Below are positions 1 through 11,300 of a stretch of 35,905 nt of DNA, in pieces. Source of the stretch: a virus (Duplodnaviria > Caudoviricetes); the IMG/VR virus record IMGVR_UViG_3300012953_000087, positions 1 to 35,905 of that record. One strand, written 5' to 3'. The notes below the pieces were generated by a model. It saw only the letters and a program-made list of their open reading frames with translations. It searched no databases and was not told where the DNA came from. The position numbers were made by a program, and so were the translations under genes. Position 1 is the first letter of the stretch; each line of letters begins with the position of its first letter.

Positions 1-1
1 A

Positions 2-529
2 GGATTGAATAAACAACACAGCGAAGTATTTTGGTTTTATTGTTCTGCAAGCTCAAGCGAAATAGATAAATACTGTAAGTATAACTACAGAGAAAATGTT
101 TGGGATGTAGGAACTTTGTCAAGAACAGCTTGGGTTGATGCATCAACATTCAACAATAATATAGGTGCAAGCTCTAATAACTTTCTTTACAATCATGAGA
201 TTGGTGTCAATGATGACGAGTCAGCTATGACATCATTTATTGAGTCTGCTGATATAGATATAGGTGAAGGACAACAGGTTGCCTTTATACAAAGAATGAT
301 ACCTGACGCAACAATAACAGGAACGTTAAATAGTTTTGTAAAGACAAGGAAAACACCTGCTGACACTCATACGTCAAAGGGCGCATTTGCTATGACCAGT
401 TCGACTAAAAAGATAAATCCCAGAGCAAGGGGTAGGCAGTTTGCAGTCAAATTTGAAAGTTCTGATTTGGGTGCAGATTGGCGTTTAGGCGCAACAAGAT
501 TAGACATACAACCAGATGGTGAAAGATAA
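2..529 (+). CDS. Tail tubular/stabilisation-type virion protein, C-terminal part (truncated by window edge)
   Basis: Frame is open from the window start. Beta-rich sequence ending RARGRQFAVKFES..WRLG.TRLDIQPDG resembles marine podovirus tail nozzle proteins. It lies upstream of ejection-type genes. Confidence 0.65.
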   Translation, partial: GLNKQHSEVFWFYCSASSSEIDKYCKYNYRENVWDVGTLSRTAWVDASTFNNNIGASSNNFLYNHEIGVNDDESAMTSFIESADIDIGEGQQVAFIQRMIPDATITGTLNSFVKTRKTPADTHTSKGAFAMTSSTKKINPRARGRQFAVKFESSDLGADWRLGATRLDIQPDGER

Positions 530-777
530 TGGCAACACTACCAAGACCAGAACAAGACGATTTACAAAGTTGGGGATTTAGACTTGTCGATGACCTTGAG
601 AACGAGATAGAAAAAATTAATCAAGCAGCAAATACTGGTGACGACACAACAGGGTTTTCTGTTTCAAACGAGACCGATACAAAAAGTTTAAATGTATCAA
701 CAGCAAATACTGCGGCAGTCGCTAATGTATTAGCAACATTAATTAAAGCACTTAGAGATAAAGGGATACTAGCGTAA
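529..777 (+). CDS. Small virion-associated hypothetical protein
   Basis: TAATG overlaps with both neighbours; C-terminal amphipathic helix LATLIKALRDKGIL. Confidence 0.6.
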   Translation: MATLPRPEQDDLQSWGFRLVDDLENEIEKINQAANTGDDTTGFSVSNETDTKSLNVSTANTAAVANVLATLIKALRDKGILA

Positions 778-1754
778 TGGGAAATTTTTGCGGAGAGGCA
801 TCAGAAGATAAGGGACAAACAATGAAGGAAGCTCCCGGTAATGAGGGCATTCGTCAGTTTGAGGAACAGCGTGTTAGACAACAGCCTACTGGTGGAAATA
901 CTTTTACTACCAATTTAGTAGCTAAAGAAAGTTCAGATCCTCGCGGAATGTCTCCGGGTGAAGAGACTGCAATAACAAATATGTCTCCTTCACAAAGGGC
1001 TGCCATAAATCAAAGAATGCAAAGCAACACTCAATATAGCCCTAACAGGTTGGGAAGTTTAGATTTATCAAACTATCAAGGAACAAGAAACCCCAAGGAA
1101 CAAACCTTTGAGTTGCAAAAAGAAATTGCAGATATGAATCCTTTTTTAAGGGGAATACACAATCTAGCCGCAAAGTTTATGGATTATGAAAGAGACGACA
1201 AAGGCCAGATTACTCCTACAGGTTTAGCTATGATGAAAGAGGCCACTGCTAAAACTGTTGCGGCAGATAATGCTCGTCAAGACGATAGGCAAAAAGATAT
1301 TGATAGGGCAAACATGAGAACAAACATACAAGGTGTAGGAACGCCTCTTGATCCATGTCCTGAAGGTTATGTATACAATGAGGAAAGTCAAAAATGTGAG
1401 CCTGTAGAAGAACAAACAGACAACATGACATTTACCAAAAACCCTATGGGTTTGCAAAATTATATGAATCAATTTGCTACAGAAGGACAAGGAAATGTAC
1501 CCTTAACTAAATACGGCAGAGTTGGAGGTGAGTATGATTTTTTCATGAACCAAGGTGGCCCACCAAGAGGCCCTCAAGGAGAGATAACAGGAGCGGGCGG
1601 CCCAAAGGATGATTTGGTTGGGCCTTTTATGTTAAGTAATAAAGAATATGTTTTGCCAAATGAACAAATTAAAATGTATGGTGGGGGAAATTACGAAACA
1701 GGTGTTAAGCGCCTAGAAAGAGATCGTAAAAATGCCCTCAAGAATAATAAGTAG
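777..1754 (+). CDS. Putative internal virion protein
   Basis: 325 aa, coupled by TAATG. Carries a CPEGY..C Cys mini-motif, an MNQGG motif and GAGGPKDD..PFMLSNKEYV, similar to the GPGTGTSDSIPAMLSxGEFV motif of virion proteins. Confidence 0.55.
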   Translation: MGNFCGEASEDKGQTMKEAPGNEGIRQFEEQRVRQQPTGGNTFTTNLVAKESSDPRGMSPGEETAITNMSPSQRAAINQRMQSNTQYSPNRLGSLDLSNYQGTRNPKEQTFELQKEIADMNPFLRGIHNLAAKFMDYERDDKGQITPTGLAMMKEATAKTVAADNARQDDRQKDIDRANMRTNIQGVGTPLDPCPEGYVYNEESQKCEPVEEQTDNMTFTKNPMGLQNYMNQFATEGQGNVPLTKYGRVGGEYDFFMNQGGPPRGPQGEITGAGGPKDDLVGPFMLSNKEYVLPNEQIKMYGGGNYETGVKRLERDRKNALKNNK

Positions 1755-2199
1755 GTTTGCTGACCAATCAGATATTTTAAACATACTTGATTTGCTTTGG
1801 GAGATGCATGAAGAGTCAGGTTTGGGAAGTTTAAATATAAGCAAGGTTATTCAAAAAGCACAAGATACATTAAATGATGGACTTATCATCATTGCAGAAC
1901 AAGACAATCAAATAATTGGAACAATTGGTTTAAACAAATTTCAGTTCTGGTGGAGTGATGATTGGGCGTTAGGAGATCAGTGGTCTTTTGTAACCAAAGA
2001 AAAACGTAAATCAAAAGCGTTCTTTTCAATGGTAAAGATGGCAAAGGACATTGCGGCTAAAGCAAAGATACCTTTGTTATTAGCAAACTTTGGAACAGTA
2101 GATGAGGAAAGAAAAACTAAGATGTTCAGTAGAATAGGTGTTAAAATGGGTGTAACAATTATGGCGGGCGACACATCTCGCTTTTTGTGGAGAAAATAA
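1732..2199 (+). CDS. GNAT-fold acyl/acetyltransferase
   Basis: GNAT-like pattern: IIAEQDNQIIGTIGL strand, motif A-like FVTKEKRKS, C-terminal KMFSRIG. Typical position among ejection genes. Confidence 0.7.
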   Translation: MPSRIISRFADQSDILNILDLLWEMHEESGLGSLNISKVIQKAQDTLNDGLIIIAEQDNQIIGTIGLNKFQFWWSDDWALGDQWSFVTKEKRKSKAFFSMVKMAKDIAAKAKIPLLLANFGTVDEERKTKMFSRIGVKMGVTIMAGDTSRFLWRK

Positions 2200-2200
2200 A

Positions 2201-3259
2201 ATGGCTTTTTTATGTCAATCAGGATCAGCAACAACAAGTACCGAGGATAAACGAGATCTATTGCCTCTATTCAGAGAGCCTATAGAACAAATACTTGGAG
2301 ATGTAAAAAAATTATACGAACAGGGTTATCAAGGTTATGACGATCCTAGAATAGCTGACTTTACAAAAGACCAACAAGACTACATGCAAAAAGTTCGTGA
2401 CCTTCAAGGGTACGGAGAACAAAATATTGCAGATGCAACAGGCATGTATCAAGATGCAGGTCAGTATGATCCAGATCAAGTAGGTATAAGAGGAATAGGG
2501 TCACAAAAGTTTGACTCTCAAACGGCTCAAGACTACATGAACCCTTATACTGAACAGGTTCTTGATAGAGTAAGAAGCAGAGCCTACAGAGCAGATGATA
2601 TAGCTAGACAGGGTAGAGATGCAAAAGCAGTTCAAGCAGGTGCTTTTGGTGGCAGCAGACAAGCTGTGGCTGAGGCTGAAGCCCAAAGGGGTTTACAAGA
2701 TCGTATTGCGGATCAAGAAGCTAGAGCGTTAGAAAAAGCGTATACAACTGGTGCTAATATATTTAGATCTGATGCTGACCGAGCTATGAAAGGCGACATA
2801 TCTTCGCAACAAGCACAACTATCTGCTGACAAGGCAAATCAAATGGCTGGGTTGCAAAATGTACAAAATCAAATGAAAGCAGCACAAGGTATAGGAGCTT
2901 TAACACAGTTAGGACAAGGTTTGACTGGTCAACAATTAGGACTACTACAGGGAGTAGGCGGAGCTAATCAGTCAATGAACCAAGCAGGACTAGACTTAGC
3001 TTACCAAGACTTTCAAAATCAAAAACAATTTCCATACGAGCAACTTAGTTTTTACAATCAAATGTTGCAGGGATTTCCTATTTCAGCATTTGGCACTAGC
3101 ACTGGCTCAACCACAAGACCTGCACCAAGTCCTTTTCAACAGGGTATGGGTTTAGGAATAAATGCACTAGGCATGTACGGAATGGGCGGAGGCTTTGGCC
3201 AAGCTCCGGGCGGCTTTAGCTTTGGCAATCTTGCACAAAACATGTTTCCATATAATTAG
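2201..3259 (+). CDS. Putative DNA ejection/pilot protein
   Basis: Q/A/G-rich; YMNPYTEQV and AGAFGGSR motifs and a Gly-rich hydrophobic C-terminus, typical of podovirus DNA-transfer proteins. Confidence 0.65.
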   Translation: MAFLCQSGSATTSTEDKRDLLPLFREPIEQILGDVKKLYEQGYQGYDDPRIADFTKDQQDYMQKVRDLQGYGEQNIADATGMYQDAGQYDPDQVGIRGIGSQKFDSQTAQDYMNPYTEQVLDRVRSRAYRADDIARQGRDAKAVQAGAFGGSRQAVAEAEAQRGLQDRIADQEARALEKAYTTGANIFRSDADRAMKGDISSQQAQLSADKANQMAGLQNVQNQMKAAQGIGALTQLGQGLTGQQLGLLQGVGGANQSMNQAGLDLAYQDFQNQKQFPYEQLSFYNQMLQGFPISAFGTSTGSTTRPAPSPFQQGMGLGINALGMYGMGGGFGQAPGGFSFGNLAQNMFPYN

Positions 3260-3267
3260 AGGTAGCC

Positions 3268-5364
3268 ATGATTAATCCAGCAAAAGTTCAAGCGTTATTA
3301 CAACAGCTACCTGACAATCAATTAATGGAGATGTTAAAAAGACCTGACAAAATACCATCTATGTTTGTTCAACAAGAACTTAAAAGAAGACAGCAAATGA
3401 GAATGGCAGGCAAGGCTCAACAGTCTCAACAGGCAATGCCAAAACCTCAGCCTCAACAACAGCCTCAACAACCCATAGGCATGGATGAAGGTGGCAGTCC
3501 CGGTTTAATGGAAATAATTAAAAACATTCTTGGTCAAGGGCAAATGCCTTATTCTCAAAAAACAAATATGAATCCAGCCTATGTTCCGCTTCCCGGTGAA
3601 GAGAACTTTGGCAAAAGAGATACTAATCAAGTTCTTGCAGATGAAATAATAAATTTTAGAAAAGATGGTCAATTTGGTGGTGAAGGTTTTCCTGCAAACA
3701 TGTCAACAGCTTTAGAAGAAAAAAAGAAACAAGAAATAGATAAGAAAATAAATAAAGACGAAAAAAAGAATAATAATAAAGTCCCTCAATCAATGGTTGA
3801 TGATTTAAAATTGTACCAAGAGACTCCTTATAAATATGAGTATTCATACAGTCCTGAAGGTGTGCTAAACACAGGAAAGTTGTCACAGGATAATAATAGC
3901 AGTAGTTTTATGCAAAAACTTTTTCCGGCTCTAAAAGGTAAAAGCGCTGTTACAGGAGCAGTTCCGGGATCTATGGTTGATAAACAAATTCTACAATCTT
4001 TAAGAAAAAAACAAGCTGACAAGTTTTCTACTTTAGGGGGCATACAAGCATTACAAACAACACCTAATAACAGCAATACATCTGCTACTCAAATAAATGT
4101 TCCAGAATTTGGGCCTCCGTCTGCAAGGGGAACAAAAGCAAAGGGAAGTGCAGGAGGTAATGTAGTTACACAAAATAACGACCAATCTCTAGATAGCCCT
4201 AGCACAAAGGCAAACAAGTTTCAAAGTATTTATAATAATTTAAAAGCTGATTATGAAAAGGACACGCCAGCATCGGCTTTTGGACAAAAACTTAATGAAA
4301 TGATTTCTGCGACTAACGCGCTTACTAAAAGTGCATCAGAAGAAACCAGAAAAGGCATTTCAAGCATAAACAAAAATACAAACAATGCCATTAAAGCAAT
4401 TAACGATAACACCGCTAATCTTGTCTTTACTAATGATGACATTAAAAGATTAAGAAACGAAAGAGACGATCACGCTGAAGAAGCGTATAAGTTTATGATG
4501 AACGACAGTTCAATTGTTGATGCTCAGAAAAAACTTATTGAATCAATGAAGCCACAAGCATCTGCATCTAATAAATTTTTTATGTATTTGGCTCAGGTTG
4601 GAGCAAGAATAGCTGGATCTGATAAAACAAATTTCTTAGCTGCGGCAGGTGAAGCGTTGGACAAAACATTGTCTGAAGTTAAGATAGACAATGACAACGA
4701 AAGAAACATGTTTATTGAAAGAGCCAAGATGGGCATTGAGTTTGAAGAAGCTAGAAGACAAAATAAACTTGCCGCAATGAATTTTAAATCTCAAATATTT
4801 GGACAGCAGTTGCAAGATCAAGAAACAGACCTAGCAAATAAAAATGCAATTACAAAATCTAAAATTGAAGCAACGTTCAAAACAACTCAGCTCAATACAA
4901 ATGCAATGAACGCATTGAGTAATATGCACTCAACTGTTGCAAACTTAAACAACGATCAATTAAGAACTGTAGGAAACTTAATACAAACAGAAATGTCAAG
5001 AAAAGACACTAAGGCTAACAATCTTGCTAACCTACAACTTGAAATTGCAAAACTTTCAGAAGGCCCTGCAGATGTAGAAACGTTTAAGTATTATATGTCC
5101 CTACCTGAAGATCAACAAGCAGATTTTCTAAAACTTATGGGCGGGTCTTCCAATACAGGAAACTTAAAAGAACTTGCTAAGGTTGCAGCAGATAATGCTA
5201 AAACACAAATTGATGCGTTGAAAACCAATCCAAATTTTATGAATAACCCTGATGCACTAAATGCTGAAATGAATAGAATTATTACACAAGAGTTTAAACG
5301 ACTTGGCATACCAACACAAGATGTTGGGGGCGCATTAAACTCTACTGATCCTTTGGATATTTAA
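3268..5364 (+). CDS. Putative internal virion/ejection protein
   Basis: 698 aa, helical and Q/N-rich; RBS GAGG; lies between the pilot-like gene and the giant protein. Confidence 0.55.
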   Translation: MINPAKVQALLQQLPDNQLMEMLKRPDKIPSMFVQQELKRRQQMRMAGKAQQSQQAMPKPQPQQQPQQPIGMDEGGSPGLMEIIKNILGQGQMPYSQKTNMNPAYVPLPGEENFGKRDTNQVLADEIINFRKDGQFGGEGFPANMSTALEEKKKQEIDKKINKDEKKNNNKVPQSMVDDLKLYQETPYKYEYSYSPEGVLNTGKLSQDNNSSSFMQKLFPALKGKSAVTGAVPGSMVDKQILQSLRKKQADKFSTLGGIQALQTTPNNSNTSATQINVPEFGPPSARGTKAKGSAGGNVVTQNNDQSLDSPSTKANKFQSIYNNLKADYEKDTPASAFGQKLNEMISATNALTKSASEETRKGISSINKNTNNAIKAINDNTANLVFTNDDIKRLRNERDDHAEEAYKFMMNDSSIVDAQKKLIESMKPQASASNKFFMYLAQVGARIAGSDKTNFLAAAGEALDKTLSEVKIDNDNERNMFIERAKMGIEFEEARRQNKLAAMNFKSQIFGQQLQDQETDLANKNAITKSKIEATFKTTQLNTNAMNALSNMHSTVANLNNDQLRTVGNLIQTEMSRKDTKANNLANLQLEIAKLSEGPADVETFKYYMSLPEDQQADFLKLMGGSSNTGNLKELAKVAADNAKTQIDALKTNPNFMNNPDALNAEMNRIITQEFKRLGIPTQDVGGALNSTDPLDI

Positions 5365-5392
5365 AAAAGTAACTAACATAGAGAGACAGTAA

Positions 5393-8300
5393 ATGGCAAA
5401 TCTAATTAATACATTACGGGACAAATACCCTATGTATTCTGACAGAAGCGATGCTGATCTGCTTGAAGGTTACAGATTAAAGTATCACTCTGAAAAAACT
5501 TTAGAGCAGCTTGAAGAAGCCTTTGACTTTAAACGTTCTCAAAAAGCAAAAGAAGAGACAGACAAATTAGGTTTCTTTGGGTCTTTGGGCAGAGGTGTAA
5601 GTCGTGGTATCTCTCAAACGGGTGGGTTAATTACAGACGCTTTGCCCGCTATTGCTGCTGACATTGTTGGTGCTGATGAGTATCGTGATAAACAAATGGC
5701 AGAATACAACGAGCGCATGAAAGAGATGGACATAGAAAGACCATCTGTTGTTCCAACGTATCAGGATATAGACGGCATAGGATCTGGTTTAAAATATGCA
5801 GCAGAAACAGTTGGTCAGTTTATACCATCGCTTGTAACATCTATTGGTGGTGGTGGTCTTGGTGGTTTTATAGGTCAAACCGCAGCAAAGCAGGCTGCAA
5901 AGAAAATGGCCGCAGATGCTGCAAAGGACTTTGCTAAGAAAGCAGTGTTACGAGGTCAGGTAGGTGGCGCGTTCTTAGGTTCAGGCGTACAGACAATACC
6001 AGAGGCTTACGCATCACTTAAAGAAGAAACTGGCGATTATCAATTGGGTACGTCATTACTGGTTGGTGGTGTAAATGCTGCCTTAGATTCATTTTTGCCT
6101 GCGGCTGTTCTAACTCGTTTAGGTTCTGAGGGCAGACAAGAAGTATCACAAAATATTCTTGCAAGACTTTTTTCAGGTTCAACCAAAAATACAGCTATAA
6201 AAAGAGCAGGTGAACAGGCTCTTAAAGGAGGTATAATTGAGGGACTTACAGAAGGAACTCAACAGTTTACACAAGAAGCTGCGGCTTCTGTATTAAGTGA
6301 GAACAAAGACTTTTTTGAATCTGACACATTTCATACAATACTTGATGCTACAATTCGTGGTGCTATAGGTGGTAAAGCATTTGGTGCTGTTGAGGGTGCT
6401 GCCTTTAATAAAAGTTCTGACGCAAGAATTGCAGAAGAAAAAGCAGAAAGAGATTCTAGACTTGATCAAGCATTAACAACAATACAGGGCGAGCCTCAGG
6501 GTCAACTGCCAGCTCCTAAGGGAAGCGTTCCAACACCATCCTTTGGTCTTGCAAACAGACAGCTAACACAAGAAGAATACGACAGTTTAAGCAAAAACGA
6601 AAAAGCAGTAAGAAAATCAGAACAGGCTATGGCTGATAATGAGACACTGCAACAAAATGTTTTTGAACAACAGGAAAGACAAAAGGAAGCGCAAAAGGGA
6701 TTAAATGACGTAAACGATAAACTTAAATTAATTGATCCTAATAAAAAAGGTCACGGCGCAGTACAGAAAAGATTAGAAGCAATTAAAAAAGATTTAACTA
6801 GCGTTATATCTGTATCTAAAAGAGACGAAGCAATCAATCAAGAAGAGATTGATGCTAGACAGGCTGTGCCAACACAATTATCTCCAGACGAAATTGTTGC
6901 AGAAGAAAAAAGGAATGCAGCAAAACAAAAGTTAGAAGATGCTGCTACACCACAAGAAAACGAAGGTTTCATTGAAGGTACTGACAAAAGAGGATTTAAA
7001 ATTGTTAGTTCCAAAACAAAAGAAGATCAAGACGGGAATACAATTTACACACCAATAAAAGATGACAAAAGTGGTGAGGAAGTTACGTTTGACAATGAAA
7101 GAGATGCGGCTGATTTCATAAGGGGCAAAGGGGCAAATGCTGAAAGATATTTATTGGTTGAGGCTGAAACTAATTCAGAGATACCAGTAAGTTTTGCAAC
7201 AGATTTTAGTAAACTAACAAGCTCTGAGAATAGACCACCACGAGAACGTGACGCTAAAAATGCAAGACAAAGAGATATAAACGTACAAGATGCTTTAGAC
7301 GCACAGAGAACAACTGAAGGCGTTTCTGTAGGACAGTTAGCAAAAAGGGCTATACTTCCAAATTCTGCTAAAATGATACCACAAGAAAAAACTACAGAAG
7401 TTTTTAAAATGGGTAGCAGAAAAGCTGCTCCGCAAAAAGAAATGCCCACCAGAACCAAAGAAACATTTAAAATGGGTTCTAGAAAGCCTATTGAAGAAGA
7501 GGTTACTGAAGACTATTCTCAAAGATCAGATGGTGTTGCGCCTGAAGAACAAACAGACGCAAGTATACCAGATGATGTAAAAGTCGGAGACACATTAGAG
7601 TTATACAATGCTAGAGGCGAAAAGGTACAAGGCACTGTAGAAGCTATTTCTAAAATTGGCACACTTAGAGTCAATATGGGTGAAAACACAGTTATTGTTG
7701 ACAGAACGGGTAGATCAGTAAATCCACAAGCGTCTACCGAAAATGTTAAAAATCCAAACTACAAAATTAAAAGTAAAGTTCTTAACTCTGGCAAAAGGAT
7801 ATCTGAGCTTACTCTAGAAGAACTAGATGCACTTGAGGAAAATATTAAATCTAGAGTTGATGGTCTTCCAGAAACAGCCTTGAACAGAGACCAAATTAGA
7901 TTAGATGCTGTTTATGATAGAAACGCTATAAAGGCTAGAAGAGAATCTGGTTTACCATTAAATACAACATCTGAAAAGATGCAACAAGAAGCTGAAACTC
8001 TAGTTGAAGCAAAAAAGTTTGTAAGAGATGAGATTGCTAAAATAGCAGCTAAGGGTGCTACAGGTAAAAAACTGGCATCAGAACTTGAAGATGTTATTTT
8101 TAGAAGATTACAGTCTCCAACTGATGAGGGCGTGACTGTTGGTATGGCTCTTACAGCATTTAGATCCGCTGATATAATAAATACTATTTTGCCACAATCA
8201 GCGGATGTTACTCTTAATTTTCTTAACTCAATGACAACGCCTGAAGGCGCTCCTGTTGAGGGTTCTTTTAATGCTGCTGCAAATTTAATGAAGCTGTCAT

Positions 8301-11300
8301 TTACATCAATAAAATATGACAAAGATGGCAACGCTCAATTTGTTGTTGATGATAGTATTGTAAGAGAGACCGCTGCTCATGAGGGTTTTCACGTTCTTCA
8401 ACAATACTTTGAAACGCATGATCCTAAGGTTGCTCAACTTTTAAACGAGGAGTTTGGTGGCAGAAACGAAATAAGAGACTACAGTAAATCTAATTCTTTT
8501 AAGTGGATACAAAAATACAACAAAAAGTTGCACAACGATCTTGTAGCAATGAATGACAGAGTTTTAACAGAAGAAGAAATTGCTGCTAATAACGAATTAG
8601 ACAAACCAAAGGTTTTTCCAACTAATGCAAGTGGCGCTCCTATACAAGGATTAGAGGGTTACGAGTTAGCAGCATACGCTTTCTCTGCATACAATCAAGC
8701 AAGACTAAACGGACAAACACCAGTTCTTTCAGGTGGCATGTCTAGATTTTTTAATTTTGCAAGATTGTTTTTGTTAAGAATGGGTAACGCTCTAAGGGGT
8801 ATGGGATTTAAATCAGTAGATGACGTTCTTGAAGGAATATCATCAGGCGCGGCTGCTGTAAAATTAAATGGTAGACCATTGGCGGACAGTGAGTTTGACG
8901 TAGCTTCAATAAACCAAACACCTCCTGAGGATCTTGCAGAGGAAATTGAAACCACACAATTTAGTCAAAGGTTTTTACACCCAGATAGAAATGAAACTTT
9001 TCAAGAACCAGCAGATAGAAAAGAATTTGTTACGTTTTCTGACGGATCAAATATTGCTGGTTACATTAAAGACAAAGATGGTAAAAACGTACCAATTAAA
9101 GTTCTTAAAGGTCAGCATTACAGAAAGGACACTGGTAGAACAAGACCTGACGGCACACCTATATTAAGGCATGGCGGTTTCGGAATGAGGCATGTAATGT
9201 ATGGTCATGAAAATGATATAATAGCCAATTCACCTTATAACACATCGCCCACTATAAAATCTGCTGATGATAGAATTAAATTATTTATCCAAAATGTTGT
9301 AACCAATGGCAAAGTAATACACAAAAAAACAAAAAACGATGCAGAAATTGGTGAAATAAAAATTGTTTTTGGTAGAGATACTTACAATAGGTATGGTCAG
9401 TCAGAAGAACAGAAACAAATGATGCAGGATCTTGGTTGGAAGTATATGGGAGTTGTGTCTGCACATGAGCGTATACCATCTAATCCTAGATTTGGTGGTC
9501 AAAAGTATTACAGTTTGCAAACAGCCTTTACTGAACATATAGAAGGTGGTGTTGACAGAACACAACAAGCAGCTAATGAAGCATTAAAAAACAAAATATC
9601 AGACAGGGGTATTCAAAGACAAGCAGAAGGCGTTAGATCTGCAAACAAGGTTGAAGAAGTAAAAAGTCGTTTACCAAAAAGAATGACAAGCAACCAAAAG
9701 AAAAGAGAAATAGGTTTTATAAAAAATAGAACAGATTTAAAGCCTGAAGAAATTGGTGAATTAATAAAATATATAAAGTTAATTCCAAACTCTGATATAA
9801 GGTATTCTTCTCGTGGCGTTGCAATGCCAAAAAATGTATCGGGAAGATTAAGAGATGAAGATCTTTACAGCGCAAGAACATCACCACCTAATCTTGAAGT
9901 TAAGAGTTTAGCTGACGAATACAAAAATATTACAGGAATTACAAAATCTTCTTTTGATAATGTAGTAGAATCCTTTACGCCTGACATGACAGAAAACGTT
10001 CTTAAGGTAGCCGCTGATATACAAGAAAATATTGCTCACGCACCTAACGATACGCAAGTAAAGGCAACGTACAAGGCGTTTATTGATGAGACTGTTGCTC
10101 AGTACAAAATGCTTGGGGATATACAAATTGTGCCATATGAGGGGAACGGAGAACCATACGCCAACTCCGCTGAAATGATGGCAGATGTAAGAGACAATAA
10201 TAGATTATACTTTTTCATGACAGAAAACGGGTTTGGAGAAGATGACGATACAAGTTTTCAACACCCCCTTTTAGAAAAAAGTGAGTTTATAAATTCTCTT
10301 GGACAGCAAATGGTATTTAATGACTTGTTTAGAATTACTCATGACATATTTGGTCATGTACCTCAGGGTTTTGGGTTTGGGCCTCTTGGTGAGTACAATG
10401 CGTTTCAGGAACACTCGCGCATGTATTCTGACGATGCCGTTCCTGCTTTGGCTGCGGAGACATTGGCTCAAAATGCTTGGGTAAATGCAGGTAAACATTT
10501 AAGAAGAGAAGACGGCTCTTTGCCAATAAGAGGTGACAACGATTTTGTTCCGCTGTCGGAAAGACCTTTTGCTGCACAAAAAGCATATGCATTTCCAATG
10601 GAAGTGCTTAGACAAGATCCAGAAAACGGAACAATGTATTCTGCTCGTGGTTCTTCTAATCCATTTCCAAAAAGACCAAAGGAAGAAGTTGAAGGCAGAA
10701 TTAGAAGACAAGAAAAAAGACTTACTGGCAAGGATAGGGATATTTCAAATGCCCCAACAAACAATAGAACAGAATTTAGAGTAAATGGAAAGTTGCAGTT
10801 TGTTACAGGTAAAATCACATTTGCTGACTGGTTAGAAAAGACACAGAACATTTTGACTGAAAAAGAATTTAAGGAAGCAAGAACTTGGTACAATCAAGCT
10901 AACAAAGTTTATAGAAAATATTTTGGCAAAGACTGGCCAATGCACTTAGCTGCTTGGTTAATGGCCAATCAGCAAGCATCTCCTTCAACAGCACAAATGA
11001 ACGCGCTTAGAGGACTAGAGCAAGCCTTATCTAATCCTAGAAAAGAATCAAAAGACTTTAAACAAGCTGGGTTAGCCGCTGAAAATCTTGACACATTTTT
11101 TAAATATATGAAGGGTTTAGAAAAGGATATAAAAATATCTGCGGGCGCACAAAAATTATATGATTTTGTAGACTCAGGATTATTAAGACCGACTCGTAGA
11201 TGGATGGGTGACAAAGCAGAAGGTGGTTCTCCGTTTGTTGCTGATGTTCATACCATGAGAGACATGGGGATGATTGATCCTCTTACTCTTGCAAAGTTAG

